The notes under the pieces: generated by a model
The model's input: only the letters and a program-made list of their open reading frames with translations
Told to the model about the DNA's origin: nothing
Databases searched by the model: none
Made by a program: the position numbers and the translations under genes
NCBI RefSeq assembly: GCF_006345805.1
Contig: NC_043020.1
Coordinates: 29,388,001 to 29,452,000, forward strand
Source: Octopus sinensis
Lineage: Eukaryota
Length of the DNA stretch: 64,000 nt
Reading direction: 5' to 3'
Shown: piece after piece, positions 28,850 to 40,212 of the stretch
Numbering within the stretch: position 1 is the first letter of the stretch
How the letters are laid out: each line of letters starts with the position of its first letter

Positions 28850-29470
28850 GATAATTGGGTGGCTGTAATGATAGCTGGGGTGTTGTAATGACAGCTAGGG
28901 TATTGAAATAATAACTGGGGTATTGTAATGATACATGGGGTGTTGTAATGGTAGCTGGGGTGTTTAAGGATAGCAAAGGGGTTGTAATTATTACTGGGGC
29001 ATTATAAAGATAGCTAGGGTATTGTAAAGATAAGTAGGACATTGTAATGATAACTGGGTGGCTGTAATGATAGTGACGAAAGGATAACTGGGACATTGTA
29101 ATGATAAATGGAGTATTGTAATGGTAGCTGGGGTGTTTAAGGATAGCAAAGGTGTTGTAATTATTACTGGGGCATTGTAATGATAAGTGGGGTATTGTAA
29201 TGATAGCTGGCGTATTGTAATGATAGCTAGGGTACTGTAAAGACAAGTAGAACATTGAAATAATAACTGGAGTATAGTAATGATGGCTAGGGTGTTGTAA
29301 TGATGACAGGATATTGTAATGATAGCTAGGGTGTTGCATTGATAAGTGGGGCACTGTAATGATAACTAGGGCATTATAATGATAAATAGGATATTGTAAT
29401 GGTAGCAGGGGCGTTGTAATGATAGCTAAGGTGCTGTAATGATAACTGGGACATTGTATTGATAGCTGGA
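28850..29470. repeat. 20-bp degenerate minisatellite (GGGTATTGTAATGATAGCTG), ~30 units
   Basis: TTGTAATGATA recurs every ~20 nt; explains the periodic 223-aa minus ORF. Confidence 0.92.
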
Positions 29471-29648
29471 GGTTTGCTAGGTCCATAACTTTATGTGTCT
29501 TTCTGAGAAAAATACAATGTCGCTGAATGGTGTTCTTCTTCTTCCATTAGGATAAGGAAGTCACCAAAATATGTCCCCCGATATGGCCTCATGTCCATCC
29601 CGATAGCAGTAACCAATAAAGCCTACCCTGCGTTGAGCAACAAAACCC

Positions 29649-29815
29649 CGACTTCCTACGCAACCGCTGAGCCTGGATGCGCATTCATCCATCCGTCGGT
29701 GCTCTCGGTGTCGGGGGTTGACCTGCTTTCTCTTCTGCGGGTCTTACGAATAGCAAAGGACCACGTTTCGGACTTCTCCCACTACATACAAATGGGACGA
29801 AGACCGCTTCGGTCA
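29649..29815 (+). repeat. Dispersed GC-rich repeat, near-identical to 52689-52872
   Basis: CGACTTCCTACGCAACCGCTGAGCC...CACGTTTCGGACTTCT shared with only a few differences over ~140 bp. Confidence 0.9.
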
Positions 29816-29884
29816 AAAAACAAACAAACAAACAAACAACAACAGAAAAGATGGGCAGAACTTGTCCATTATTTACCTATTTAG

Positions 29885-30080
29885 GCCGTGTGCTCACGCC
29901 ACGAGATATATTGAGCACTCATGACAATCCTAGAGTGCCTACCACCAAGGGGACCTTGAAGCTTCTTTCTCGTAGTCCAGGTTTCGGTTCCAAAGAGAAC
30001 AATATTCTCTTCATATGCCCCACCCCCTACCGCGCCAAGGTCAGCATTCATTTAACGATTGTGGAAAAAGTGGAAGTTTT
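29885..30080 (+). other. Weak candidate internal exon (196 nt)
   Basis: Acceptor TTATTTACCTATTTAG, open frame RVLTPRDILSTHDNPRVP...VEKVEV, donor GTAAGT at 30081; no recognisable domain. Confidence 0.15.
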
Positions 30081-30936
30081 GTAAGTGTTATGAATTGAAA
30101 CAAATGTTTCCGCTTCCTTTCCACCCCACACCCAACTTTACCTGCTCACTCTTAACTTCATTACCTTCTTCCCACCTCTTTCTCTCGCTTCTTTCCCTGT
30201 TACTATCATTAATGAAGGTTGACTTTATTTTTCACAAATCCGGTGTTTTATAAAGTATAATACTAGTCAAGTATCAAGGTTTATTAAATTGTGTAAAACC
30301 CTTTCCTTAAATTGGAGGTTTGATGCCTATCTTACAGATAGAAAACTGGCGGTGGGTCTCCCTGAAGAGAGCCTTTAAAATAGAATCGATTAGCAAAGAG
30401 GTAGCGACAGAATACAATTAATCAGAGAGCGAAATAGTCACCAGGTGAGAAGAGTCGATTTGGAAAGGCATCGCAACCGACATGTCGGCAGTTAAAATGG
30501 CGCTTGACTATTTTTCGACAAAAAGCATGAGGTGAGGGCTGCGTTGTCAGAAATCAGACACAACGACACCAAAACCGATAGATGGCTTTGAGTGGCAAAA
30601 ACGCAACGAGGTGAACAAAATCATAATTGGGTCTTTGAACAAGCATGACTGACGCATGCTTTTCGACAGGTGTGTACGGTTTCCCAGTAACACTTTGCTG
30701 AACTGGGTGGACCCATGACAATGGACTTGAAGGCCTGCCCTGACGACTTGCTGAAGCGGTCAGTATAAAAAAAATGGAATGTGGCCAAAGAAAAAAAAAC
30801 GAAAACAGTAACTGAGATACGGTCGACGGTGAGAAGCTATGCAATGGATGGATCGCCTGGTTCGGAAGGTCTACATCACGACATTTGTGGGTCCACTCCA
30901 AACGTGTTGGCCTCTTTCTTGGTGTAACATCTAAAT

Positions 30937-31429
30937 CAGGGGCAGGGAAACCCCCCCAGCCACGGGCGCAATTGAGCCTGTGAGCCCATTTTATTACGCC
31001 CACAGCCTGATATAATCTTATGTACAAAATATAGTAAATTTTTCAATTATAAAATTTATACAATATTCGTATACCTATTTGCAACATAAGTCGTGTTTCC
31101 ACTTCGACTTAAAACGGTCAGACTCGAACAGAAACCGTCCAGTAATTGCCATTTGAATGGAAAATTTGTTTTCCCTATAAAACACATACAGCTAAGTTTG
31201 TACCAGACCCTTGAGACCCACCTACACTCTATCTGGAAAATATAGAATACCTCATAAGTAATATAAACGTCCTAAATTCAGTGGCAGGCGTTAATTTAAT
31301 GTGTTAAACTTATCGTTATTAATGTCTATCGCATTATAAATAGATATATACCAGAATTACACAGAAAAAAAATAGTTAGAACTTGTGATCCGCCCACGGA
31401 AATTTCTCCTTGGAAATTTTTGCCCACTG
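30937..31429. mobile_element. hAT-like non-autonomous element (MITE) inside the L1
   Basis: Ends CAGGGGCAGGGAA and (reverse complement) CAGTGGGCAAAA; 8-bp flanks ATCTAAAT and CACTAAAC share the central CTAAA; AT-rich interior. Confidence 0.5.
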
Positions 31430-32203
31430 CACTAAACTCAATCGATAACTCAATGCAAACATTGCTATCTATATTAACTGATGAATGGAGACGCTGCTAA
31501 GGAAATGTGTAAAGGGAGCATCATCGACAATTTCCAGTTCTTAGTTCTACTGAACGCAAAGATAGTGAAAAGAACTCGGGAAGTCGGTGCCTGACGTTGT
31601 TATTATGGTCAGGAGTGCACAGACTTGAGCGATTCCCTATAAATCTTTCCACGACTCCCCACACCTCATACGATATTTTGGAGGAAGGGTGAACAAAAAC
31701 CTGATCAACTTAGATAAATCTAAAACCATCGATGGGGTGGACCGTCAGTACTTGACGGCGCTCCTCATTGCGGCTAATTTCAGTTCTGTTTTCAGATGCG
31801 AGATCAATAATGTACAGCGGCATCTGCTATGTGAATTGACTGAATAGCTACCTATTTGAACTGTTTCGAATCAGAGAGGCAGGCTGGGTCTGTCACGGAT
31901 GGCCTCACTCTTCGCTTCTGTACGTTTTGGTTATTGTATCTCTTGCGAAACACCAAAGAACATATCGCTTGGACAGCGATATGGTAAGGCCGAGTTGATT
32001 ATGGTCTTGGGAAACACCATATCTGTTGTTGATAAGGTGTTTGAAAACCTGGAAATCGAGGTGGTTGGCACTGGAGAAAATACGAGGTAATAACAGAAAG
32101 GACCTCATGAAACAGTAAATTCGGTGAGTCTGCAACTCAGCCTTATACCGGCCTGCAACGTGGGTCGTTAAACCGAAGACGCTGTTAGATAGATACCACC
32201 CGT

Positions 32204-32578
<375 letters not shown>

Positions 32579-32635
32579 TGTAAAAAAGAAGTTTGAAAAC
32601 GCCACTATATTAGATAAATTTTAATTTTCTTATGA

Positions 32636-32680
32636 ATTTTACATGTTTCGGTTCTTGAAAAAACGAACCTTATCAAAAAT
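32636..32680 (-). ncRNA. Decayed minimal hammerhead ribozyme motif (core mutated)
   Basis: Minus strand: ATTT TTGATAA GGTTC(loop)GAACC GAAA CATG TA AAAT. Stems I-III intact, core CTGATGA changed to TTGATAA. Confidence 0.5.
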
Positions 32681-32860
32681 ATTATTAAAAAATATTATAA
32701 AAAGTGTAATGGAGAAGTTCATAATCGTTTCTAACTGGTCTCGAACCTTATCAAAAATATTATACAAAGTGAAAATATATATTTGCATGTCTGTGCACCC
32801 ATGCATGTGTTTGTCTGTGTGCGTCAGAACTGATTTCGTATATAATATATATATATATAT

Positions 32861-33063
32861 CTGTCCTTTTTAAAACACCTCGTCACGTTTCCAGTTCATG
32901 AGAGACTCTGTATGAGGTCGAGGGGAAAAAAAATTTTCATTTTTCTTTCTCTACTCAAGTCAGAACTACGACTACTATACACCCACGCAAACCCAAATCT
33001 ATGTATGTAGAAAACACCACAGCAGGTCTGTTATTCCACACAGTTTCTCAATCAATTAACACC
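32861..33063 (+). repeat. 203-bp repeat, inverted partner of 35627-35828
   Basis: Reverse-complement match with about 5 differences. Confidence 0.93.
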
Positions 33064-33491
33064 CCGTACTCCCACCCTAAATTTCTATACAGGTAACAGA
33101 TATATAGTCAAGAGAGAAAGTAAAGTGGTTAAGATACTTGGAGTCTGGTTCGAACCAGACATCAGGTGGATAATGGAGTGCAATGATGATTATTAGCAAA
33201 GTTACTTGTCTCCTACAGAAAAGGGAAAACTACACCTGAAAGGTCGTCGAGTCGGGCTGATAAACGCATACAGCACCTTCGTTATTTATGATACCCAGAC
33301 TGTCATGTCTTCACCCAGTTTTCATTTACTCGGGTTTCGGGTTGTTGGCGCTTCTATTTTTTTTTTTTTTTTGCTTCTTTCAAAAGGGACACACGCTTTC
33401 CATTGATCAGAACATCCAACTTCTACCAACACATTCTGCACGAACGAGTCAGAATGAGATTCGTCGTTATTGTTAGAAGTAGTAGTAGTAA

Positions 33492-33534
<43 letters not shown>

Positions 33535-33690
33535 TTAGTTCCCGGTGGCTTGGCCCCACGCACCCCAGTAGCGTGACTTCTCGACCTGTCGTTCTCCTAG
33601 TGACATGGAATTCTCTCATTCACGTTTGAACACGTAAGGAAAGTTTAAAGAACAGAGGTCGACATCGTTGTTGTTATTGTTGTTTAGAGT

Positions 33691-34015
33691 GAAGGCACGT
33701 AGCTTAGTGGTCAGGGTATTCGGCAAGCGAGCGTAAGGTTGTGAGTTCGATTCCTGGCGGCGGCGTGATGTATCCTTGAGCAAGACACTTTATTTCATGT
33801 TGTCCCAGTCCACTCAGCTGGCAAAAATGAGTTGTACCTGTAATTCGAAAGGACGGTCTTGTCACATTCTGTGTCACACTGAATCTCCCTCAGAACTACG
33901 TTAAGGGATACTCCTGTCTGTGGAGTACTCAGCCACTTGCACGTTTATTTCACGAGCAGGCTGTTCCGTTGATCGGATCAACTGGAACCTTCGTTGTCAT
34001 AACCGACGGAGTGCC
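33691..34015 (+). mobile_element. Full-length CORE-like SINE with 13-bp target-site duplication
   Basis: A box TAGCTTAGTGG, B box GAGTTCGATTCC, CCTTGAGCAAGACACTTTA core; TTATTGTTGTTTA at 33674-33686 and 34018-34030. Confidence 0.93.
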
Positions 34016-34039
34016 AATTATTGTTGTTTAAATCTGAAT

Positions 34040-34430
34040 TGAAGACAAGTTAACCGTCTCATTATAACACCCCTTATGACGAGAGCAAGTTATCCGTTCC
34101 CTGTAACACCCCTCAAGACAGTCTACAACGAAGACGAATGAACATTAACATAACATCACTTAAAACAGCCTATAATGAGGGCAAGACAACCTTCCTGTTA
34201 TAATCCCGCTTAAGGCATTTTATAGGAAGAGCAAGTTAACCTTCTCATTGTAACAGGTATTGAAACAGTCTACAATGAAAATAGTTAACTTTACTTTCCT
34301 TGAAAAATCTTCTCCAGGAGATTGTTAATTTGCCATAAAACAACCACCAACGAAAGCGTGTTAGCCTATTCCTTATAACACACATCAAGGCAGTCGACAT
34401 TAGAGGCAAGTTTATTGCTATATATAAAAG
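34040..34430. repeat. Degenerate ~45-50-bp tandem repeat (GAGCAAGTTAACC.TC.CATTATAACACC...ACAGTCTACAA)
   Basis: Recurring CAAGTTA, ATAACACC and CAGTCTACAA motifs. Confidence 0.7.
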
Positions 34431-35626
34431 TAATTTATGTTTCCTTACTACTTACACCCTTCGCTTCCTATAAAACAGGGACCATTGACCACTTCTCTTC
34501 GCTGTTCTCGACTCTGGGCTGTCTTTTAAGGCTTTTCTCTCTCAAGTTTTGTCGGTTTTGAATGGTTATCGATGTATCTTTACTATTTCTATAAAAGGGG
34601 TATGTAAACTCATTTTTAGTTCTGAGAAGTAGTGATCTATATTTGTCTGGTATCTATTATCTGACCAGTCCTGCATTGGGAGTCCCCAAGCGGGAGCTTG
34701 CGTTCCGTTTACATAGCCCTCAAAGTCAATAAGGCTCATAAACCAGTATGCACTAACAAGGACTGACCTTTGTTAATAACTAAATTCATGTTTAGTTATT
34801 AGCACAAAAATCAAATATAATTTGCAGTTTAGTTCAGCACTCCATATCGTTGTATTAATTTCATAAACAACGACGGAGCGTCTATAAGGTCGAGTGTTCA
34901 ATCTTCAAGAAATAGCAGCTAAATTCCGCTCGAATCACACGCTTCTGGCAGGGTTATTAGAGCGCTGGACAGAATACTTGACAGTATTTGTTCCAAGCAC
35001 TCCCACAAAGATTAGCTTTGTTTTCTTCCTTTCGGGGTCGATGAAAAAAAAAGACCAATGCAATATGATGAATTGGTGTTACAGAATGAAGGCCTGGCAC
35101 TATTCCTTCCGCCCCTTTGCATTCCGAGTTCAAAACCTGCCATGGTCTACTTAGCTGATAGATTTAACCAGTCGCCCTCAGCAGAGTCCACTCTGTTGCA
35201 AAACTCTCGCGACAGGTGTCAGGGTGAGGATAACTTCCACGTACAATAAACACTTTAAATGTATTTGAAATGACAGAACCACAGAGAGTACCGGATTTAA
35301 AACCAAACATACAGTTTGTTCTGGTTTCGAATGTATCTGAAGTCAACCCAACCCCTGGGGCCAATCAAATGAAGTGTCAACTTTCTCCCTCCCATTAGTT
35401 TCAGATGTCTTATAAAGGATCGTAGGCGCTGCCTTCCCTACAAACTAGAAGATAAAGATTAAGATAAAACGGCAAAGCATATTGGATAAAGCAGTCTAGA
35501 AAAGGCAGAAAAACGGGACGGTCATGGTTGGAATACTTTTGATCATAGGTCAGGTCGATTATGGCCGACCTGGGATACTCAAAAAGCAACATCTGCTACG
35601 TGCTTGGAAATTCCGACGGGAAACAA

Positions 35627-35828
35627 GGTGTTAATTGATTGAGAAACTGTGTGGAATAACAGACCTGCTGTGGTGTTTTCTACATACATAGATTTGGGTT
35701 TGCGTGGGTGTATAGTAGTCTTAGTTCTGACTTGAGTAGAGAAAGAAAAATGAACATTTTTTTTCCCTCGACCTCATACGGAGTCTCTCATGAACTGGAA
35801 ACGTGACGAGGTGTTTTAAAAAGGACGG
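35627..35828 (-). repeat. 202-bp repeat, inverted partner of 32861-33063
   Basis: Reverse-complement match. Confidence 0.93.
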
Positions 35829-36191
35829 TTATATATTCGAGTTCAGGGTAGATACACACAGATTGATAAACACATTCATAGTTGCACAGACACAGAAATA
35901 AATACACGGGTAGGAGACAGAAAGATGCTTCAAATTAGGTTCAAACGATTATTCAGAAGTAAAAAGAAAAAGAAGAGATGAATGGAGGAGAGAAATGGGT
36001 AGGCGCTTAATCAATAAACTAAGCATGTTTTAAGCAATCTCAAGACCTTCAATGAAAGAAAACAGAAACAAAAAAAGCCGACGCTCTGCGAAGCTACGAA
36101 TGTTGGTTATAGGCTCGGCTCGTGTCCAAGAGAACACGAGTGTGTGTGTGTGTTCCTCTATTTATACGTGTATGCGCATGAAGGGATGAAT

Positions 36192-36228
<37 letters not shown>

Positions 36229-36261
36229 ACCACACATATATATCTATATATAATATATATT

Positions 36262-36479
36262 GGTTTCAAATGTGTTTGTGAAAGGTCAAAAATTTCGGGC
36301 GAGGGGTTAAAATCGATTACATCGACCCTCAGTGTTCGACTGGTACGTGATTTTATCGGCTCAGAAAGTGAGAAAGCCAAAGCTGACCTCGGCGTTATTT
36401 GAACTCAGGGCCTGAAGAAGGGCGAAATGCCTCTAAGCATTTTGCCCGACGGTTTAACGACTCTGCCGGCTCAACGCCT
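36262..36479 (-). mobile_element. Family-B SINE, near full length
   Basis: GGTTTCAAAT...ATCGATTACATCGACCC...GACCTCGGCGTTATTTGAACTCAG...AACGACTCTGCCGGCTC. Confidence 0.85.
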
Positions 36480-36658
36480 GGTACCTGTCTGTAATATTAA
36501 CTGAGAATGTCCCTTGGACTTTTGCTGTTATTCTTTATTTGTATTTACATTTGCTTTGGTTTCTGTCTTTCTGTATACATACACATACATCATATATACA
36601 ATATATACACACCAACATGTAGAAACAGATTGGTAACTGTATATATATATATATATAT

Positions 36659-36692
<34 letters not shown>

Positions 36693-36806
36693 ATATATTT
36701 ATATAAGTAAGGATAAGATCGTTAATTTATAATAAAGTAACGATTTTATCAAGTGGTCAGCATGGAAAAAATAACCTTCAAAGGTTATCATTATTATTAC
36801 GTTTGA

Positions 36807-36854
<48 letters not shown>

Positions 36855-37035
36855 AGTGTTAAATACATACATGTATATAATGTTCATAACGCAGGGGAGA
36901 GTGGAAAATTTTATTCCCATCCGAAAACTTCTTTATTCAAAAGTTTTCTACGGCATCTAAACCAGTTTGAGAGATAATTCGGTAACCACCACGATAAAGT
37001 ATCTCTTTCATATCCTATATATATATATTATATAT

Positions 37036-37075
<40 letters not shown>

Positions 37076-37078
<3 letters not shown>

Positions 37079-37132
37079 TGTATAGAGGGCATTATTACAC
37101 ATAAATGCCGTAATAATGCCCTCTATACAATA
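37076..37132. repeat. Perfect 22-bp-stem hairpin
   Basis: TATTGTATAGAGGGCATTATTA / 13-nt loop / TAATAATGCCCTCTATACAATA. Confidence 0.9.
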
Positions 37133-38731
37133 TAAATAAGTATTTTCAAGTGAAAAAATTATTTTCGAATTTTTTCTCTTATGAGGTTTTTCACGCTAAC
37201 TACCTGATAATTTCTTGTTAAGATTCCTTATTAAGATTTTATCCTTAATTGTTATATGTATATATATATATATTATATATATATACATTTTTTTAAAATA
37301 TATATATAGTTGGAAGCTGACTCTCAGCTCTGAGCTTATCGTAGTTTGTTTTGTTTGTTTGTTTATTCCCCCGACCCCCTTTATTCACGCTAACCGTGGT
37401 TCACTTTATACACCCGTCATTTTGTCCTTCTTTGGTCTGACTATATTCTTGCACGCTTCTCTAATCTGAAAATCCCGACATCCAATATGTACCAACTGAA
37501 CTCTAATCCTTATCCTCTAAACTAGGACGAGTTAGCGAACGGAACCTGAGTGTGGTGAAACGAATTGCTAAAATCAGTAGCTACATTACCCTCTGGCAAA
37601 AGCAGGCATGTACAATGTGGTCCTGGAGACGGTTGTTTCGAAATAAGATAGGGGTATCAATTGGTTGTCACACATTAGTCATAAGTCTATATGATCGGAG
37701 CTGACCAGGGGTTAAACAACAACAAGAACAGCAGCTTAAGCAAGAAAGCTTCTATGTGATCGCATGACCGGCTAGAAACAGCAGCCAGATTCTCATAAAG
37801 GAAAAGGAACGGCATACTAGGAAAGATTGCGTGAAATAAGTTATATCTGAAAGCAGGAAGGTTAAGACTGCGGCACTTTGCCTCTGTCGTGCCATAGGTC
37901 GTCTGCTCGATAAAGATTTACCTGTAGCTAAACAACAGCAACAACAACAATCTATATAGGTATATAGAACGACAGTGGGAGCATCTGTGTGGTCGCCTGA
38001 TCGCAAGAAATAGCAGTCAAATCTAAAATACTGTCTTATACGTGAGAAATGACAATCTAAAGGGGTTACGGAATTTGAACACAGTACGTAGCGGCAGACG
38101 ACATACCGCCAGGCATTTCGCCCGGCGTGCTAACCATTCTGCCAGCCCACCGGTTTGCCTCTATAAATTATTGAGCGAAATATAGTGTACTTATTGAAAT
38201 TGTTGTTGTTGTTTAACTTAGTGTCAGCCATCGTAGAGCAGATTTAGGTTTAAAGAGATTTTTGCGTTTGCCATTACATTTATTTCGGGTTTAAACAATA
38301 AAGAATGCCATCTTTCTCAAAACAATGCAGTATATGGATGGAAGGAAGATTAGCTACTATTTTCAGGAAGTCGAGTAAAGTCGTTGAGCTTCCCTTGTCG
38401 ATGAAATATTTGTTACTACTATTATTCCTGGTCTTGTAGTTGAACCGAAGTAGACCACCCATGATCAAAAGCGTTCCACCTAAGACCATCTCTGTGCATT
38501 TTCCAGCATAGTTATCTCTCAACTTCGTTATGTAACGTGTTGTGTTTGAGGACAATAGAGATATAGTCTGAAGGAAGGACAGCTGCCATTTCTGGCAAGA
38601 CAAGCGACTGTGTAGATGGCTCTCCCATCGATGTAAATTTTGTAGATTCTAATTGTCTTTTAATAGAGTTTGCTGTTTGTTGAAACTAATTAGAAATTAG
38701 AAAGTGAAATCTCAACTGTGATATTACATAC

Positions 38732-38788
<57 letters not shown>

Positions 38789-38916
38789 ACACACACACAT
38801 ATATATATATATGTCTCTTACGCGTAAAAACCGCAGCCGACCCACGAACTAACAACACACATACCTTATGGATGTGTGTTCGATTTTATTTACAGACTAT
38901 ATCTCCACCATAGTGT

Positions 38917-39171
38917 GCCTGGTGTAAAAACAAATTTAAAAAAAAAGACACCTGAAAGTCATTGTCAAGCGAGACAACCCACATCAGGTTCCTTCTCGAC
39001 AGACATCGATGTCTCGTCATTGCTTTGACTATCAATGCTGCAAAAATCAAAGGTGAAAGCATTGATAAGTCAAAGCCATGACAAAACATCGATGTCTGTC
39101 GAGAAGGAACCTGATGTGAGTTGTCTCGCTTGACAATGACTTACTTTCAGGTATTTCTTTTTACACCAGGC
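38917..39171. repeat. 255-bp foldback (long imperfect inverted repeat) flanked by ~60-bp direct repeats
   Basis: Arms GCCTGGTGTAAAA...TCAATGCT / AGCATTGA...TTTTACACCAGGC with an 18-nt loop; direct repeats TAAAAACC.C.GCCGACCCACGAACTAA...GTGTTCGA at 38825-38883 and 39198-39264. Confidence 0.9.
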
Positions 39172-39309
39172 GAATAGGGAATATATTCCCTTAACCCTAA
39201 AAACCACTGCCGACCCACGAACTAATAGCATAACAACATACATAGCTTATGTATGCGTGTTCGAGTTTGTATACCAATATATATATATATATATATACAT
39301 ATTCATACA

Positions 39310-39517
39310 TACTATATAATCAGGGTTCAGCAACGATTTGCTTCACCACACACCGAAGTTTAGAAATAGCAGTAAAAAAATCTTAGCTATTCCTTCTACT
39401 TTAAAGGGAGTTCCAAGAAAAACCAAAGCAGAAAGAATAGCTAAGCTTTTTTGACTGCTATTTCTAAACTTCGGTGTGTGGTGAAGCGAATCGTTGCTGA
39501 ACCCTAATTATATAGTA
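39310..39517. repeat. ~208-bp foldback element with a 3' tail shared with 45225-45410
   Basis: TACTATATAATCAGGGTTCAGCAACGA...TCGTTGCTGAACCCTAATTATATAGTA; the right arm plus ~90 bp downstream recurs at 45.2 kb. Confidence 0.88.
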
Positions 39518-39616
39518 TTACTTAAACTTACCATGAATGGTATTTTTTCATGCCGAATTCTACTTGGTGAAATTATTGATTACTTCTTAAATTAATTAAT
39601 TTCACCCTTTGTTATT

Positions 39617-39668
<52 letters not shown>

Positions 39669-39673
39669 TATAT

Positions 39674-39848
39674 CCGATTCCCGGGTAACTGAAGAGATGG
39701 TGGTGTGGATTTCCACCTCGGCATCCGAAACTCAGAGTTTCATCTTGACTACCGAATAATTGTCACATATTATATTTACAGATAAATTCCTCTATTTACA
39801 TAATATTGAGGTCTCTTTCTTTCTTTTGTTATCTTACCGTTTTTACCA
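39674..39848 (+). mobile_element. (TA)n-flanked element end with a degenerate hammerhead-like motif (Penelope-like terminal repeat?)
   Basis: CTGAAGA GATG...CATCC GAAA CTCAGAG TT at 39689-39739; stem I not formed. Confidence 0.35.
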
Positions 39849-40138
39849 ATATATATATATATATATACACATATATATAGTCTACAGAGTCTGTAAATTT
39901 TGCCTGTAGTGTGTGCACGATTTTTGTCCGTAGTGTATAGTCTTTGTAGTGTGTGTATATATATATATATACCATATGTCAGTGTATGATGTCTGAAATT
40001 GTATTTCTACCATTTTCCGTTTGCTTCCATTACTCCCAAAGGGTTCCAATTATAACAAAAGATACCATTTAACTCTAACTCTAATACTAACGGTTTCAAA
40101 TTTTGGCATAAGGCCAGAAAATGAAAACAAAATTTCAT

Positions 40139-40212
40139 TGACTAGTATAGGGCACGAGCCTGCGACATTCGCGTTATTAGCACGACGCTCTAACCAACTG
40201 AGCTAACCGGCC
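40139..40212 (-). pseudogene. tRNA-Ile(AAT) pseudogene
   Basis: Reverse complement GGCCGGTTAGCTCAGTTGGTTAGAGCGTCGTGCTAATAACGCGAATGTCGCAGGCTCGTGCCCTATACTAGTCA. The 5' half matches canonical tRNA-Ile(AAU); the T-loop/B box (GGCTCGTG) and acceptor stem are degenerate. Confidence 0.85.

Noticed and set aside
28850-29470. CRISPR-like array (also considered for 47160-47835 and 42110-43990)
   Set aside because: Degenerate tandem units without unique spacers, no cas genes, eukaryotic context.
28815-29486. 223-aa repetitive ORF (YPSYHYN motifs)
   Set aside because: Read-through of a 20-bp minisatellite. The unit is not a multiple of 3, and there is no sign of codon-level constraint.
29649-29790. HDV-like ribozyme fold in the GC-rich repeat
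   Set aside because: A P1 with G-U (GCTGAG/CTCGGT), a P4 and CGAA can be drawn, but no consistent P2/P3 could be built by hand.
33691-33765. SINE heads as functional tRNA genes
   Set aside because: They retain A/B boxes but lack a complete cloverleaf and run directly into SINE bodies.
32861-35828. Single 3-kb DNA transposon with 200-bp TIRs
   Set aside because: No transposase in the spacer, no clear TSD, and the L1 frame crosses the left repeat, so the interior is not a discrete cargo.
39188-39200. Telomere-like TAACCCTAA (also degenerate runs at ~37500 and ~40070)
   Set aside because: Only 1-2 units; too short to call an interstitial telomere or telomere-primed insertion.
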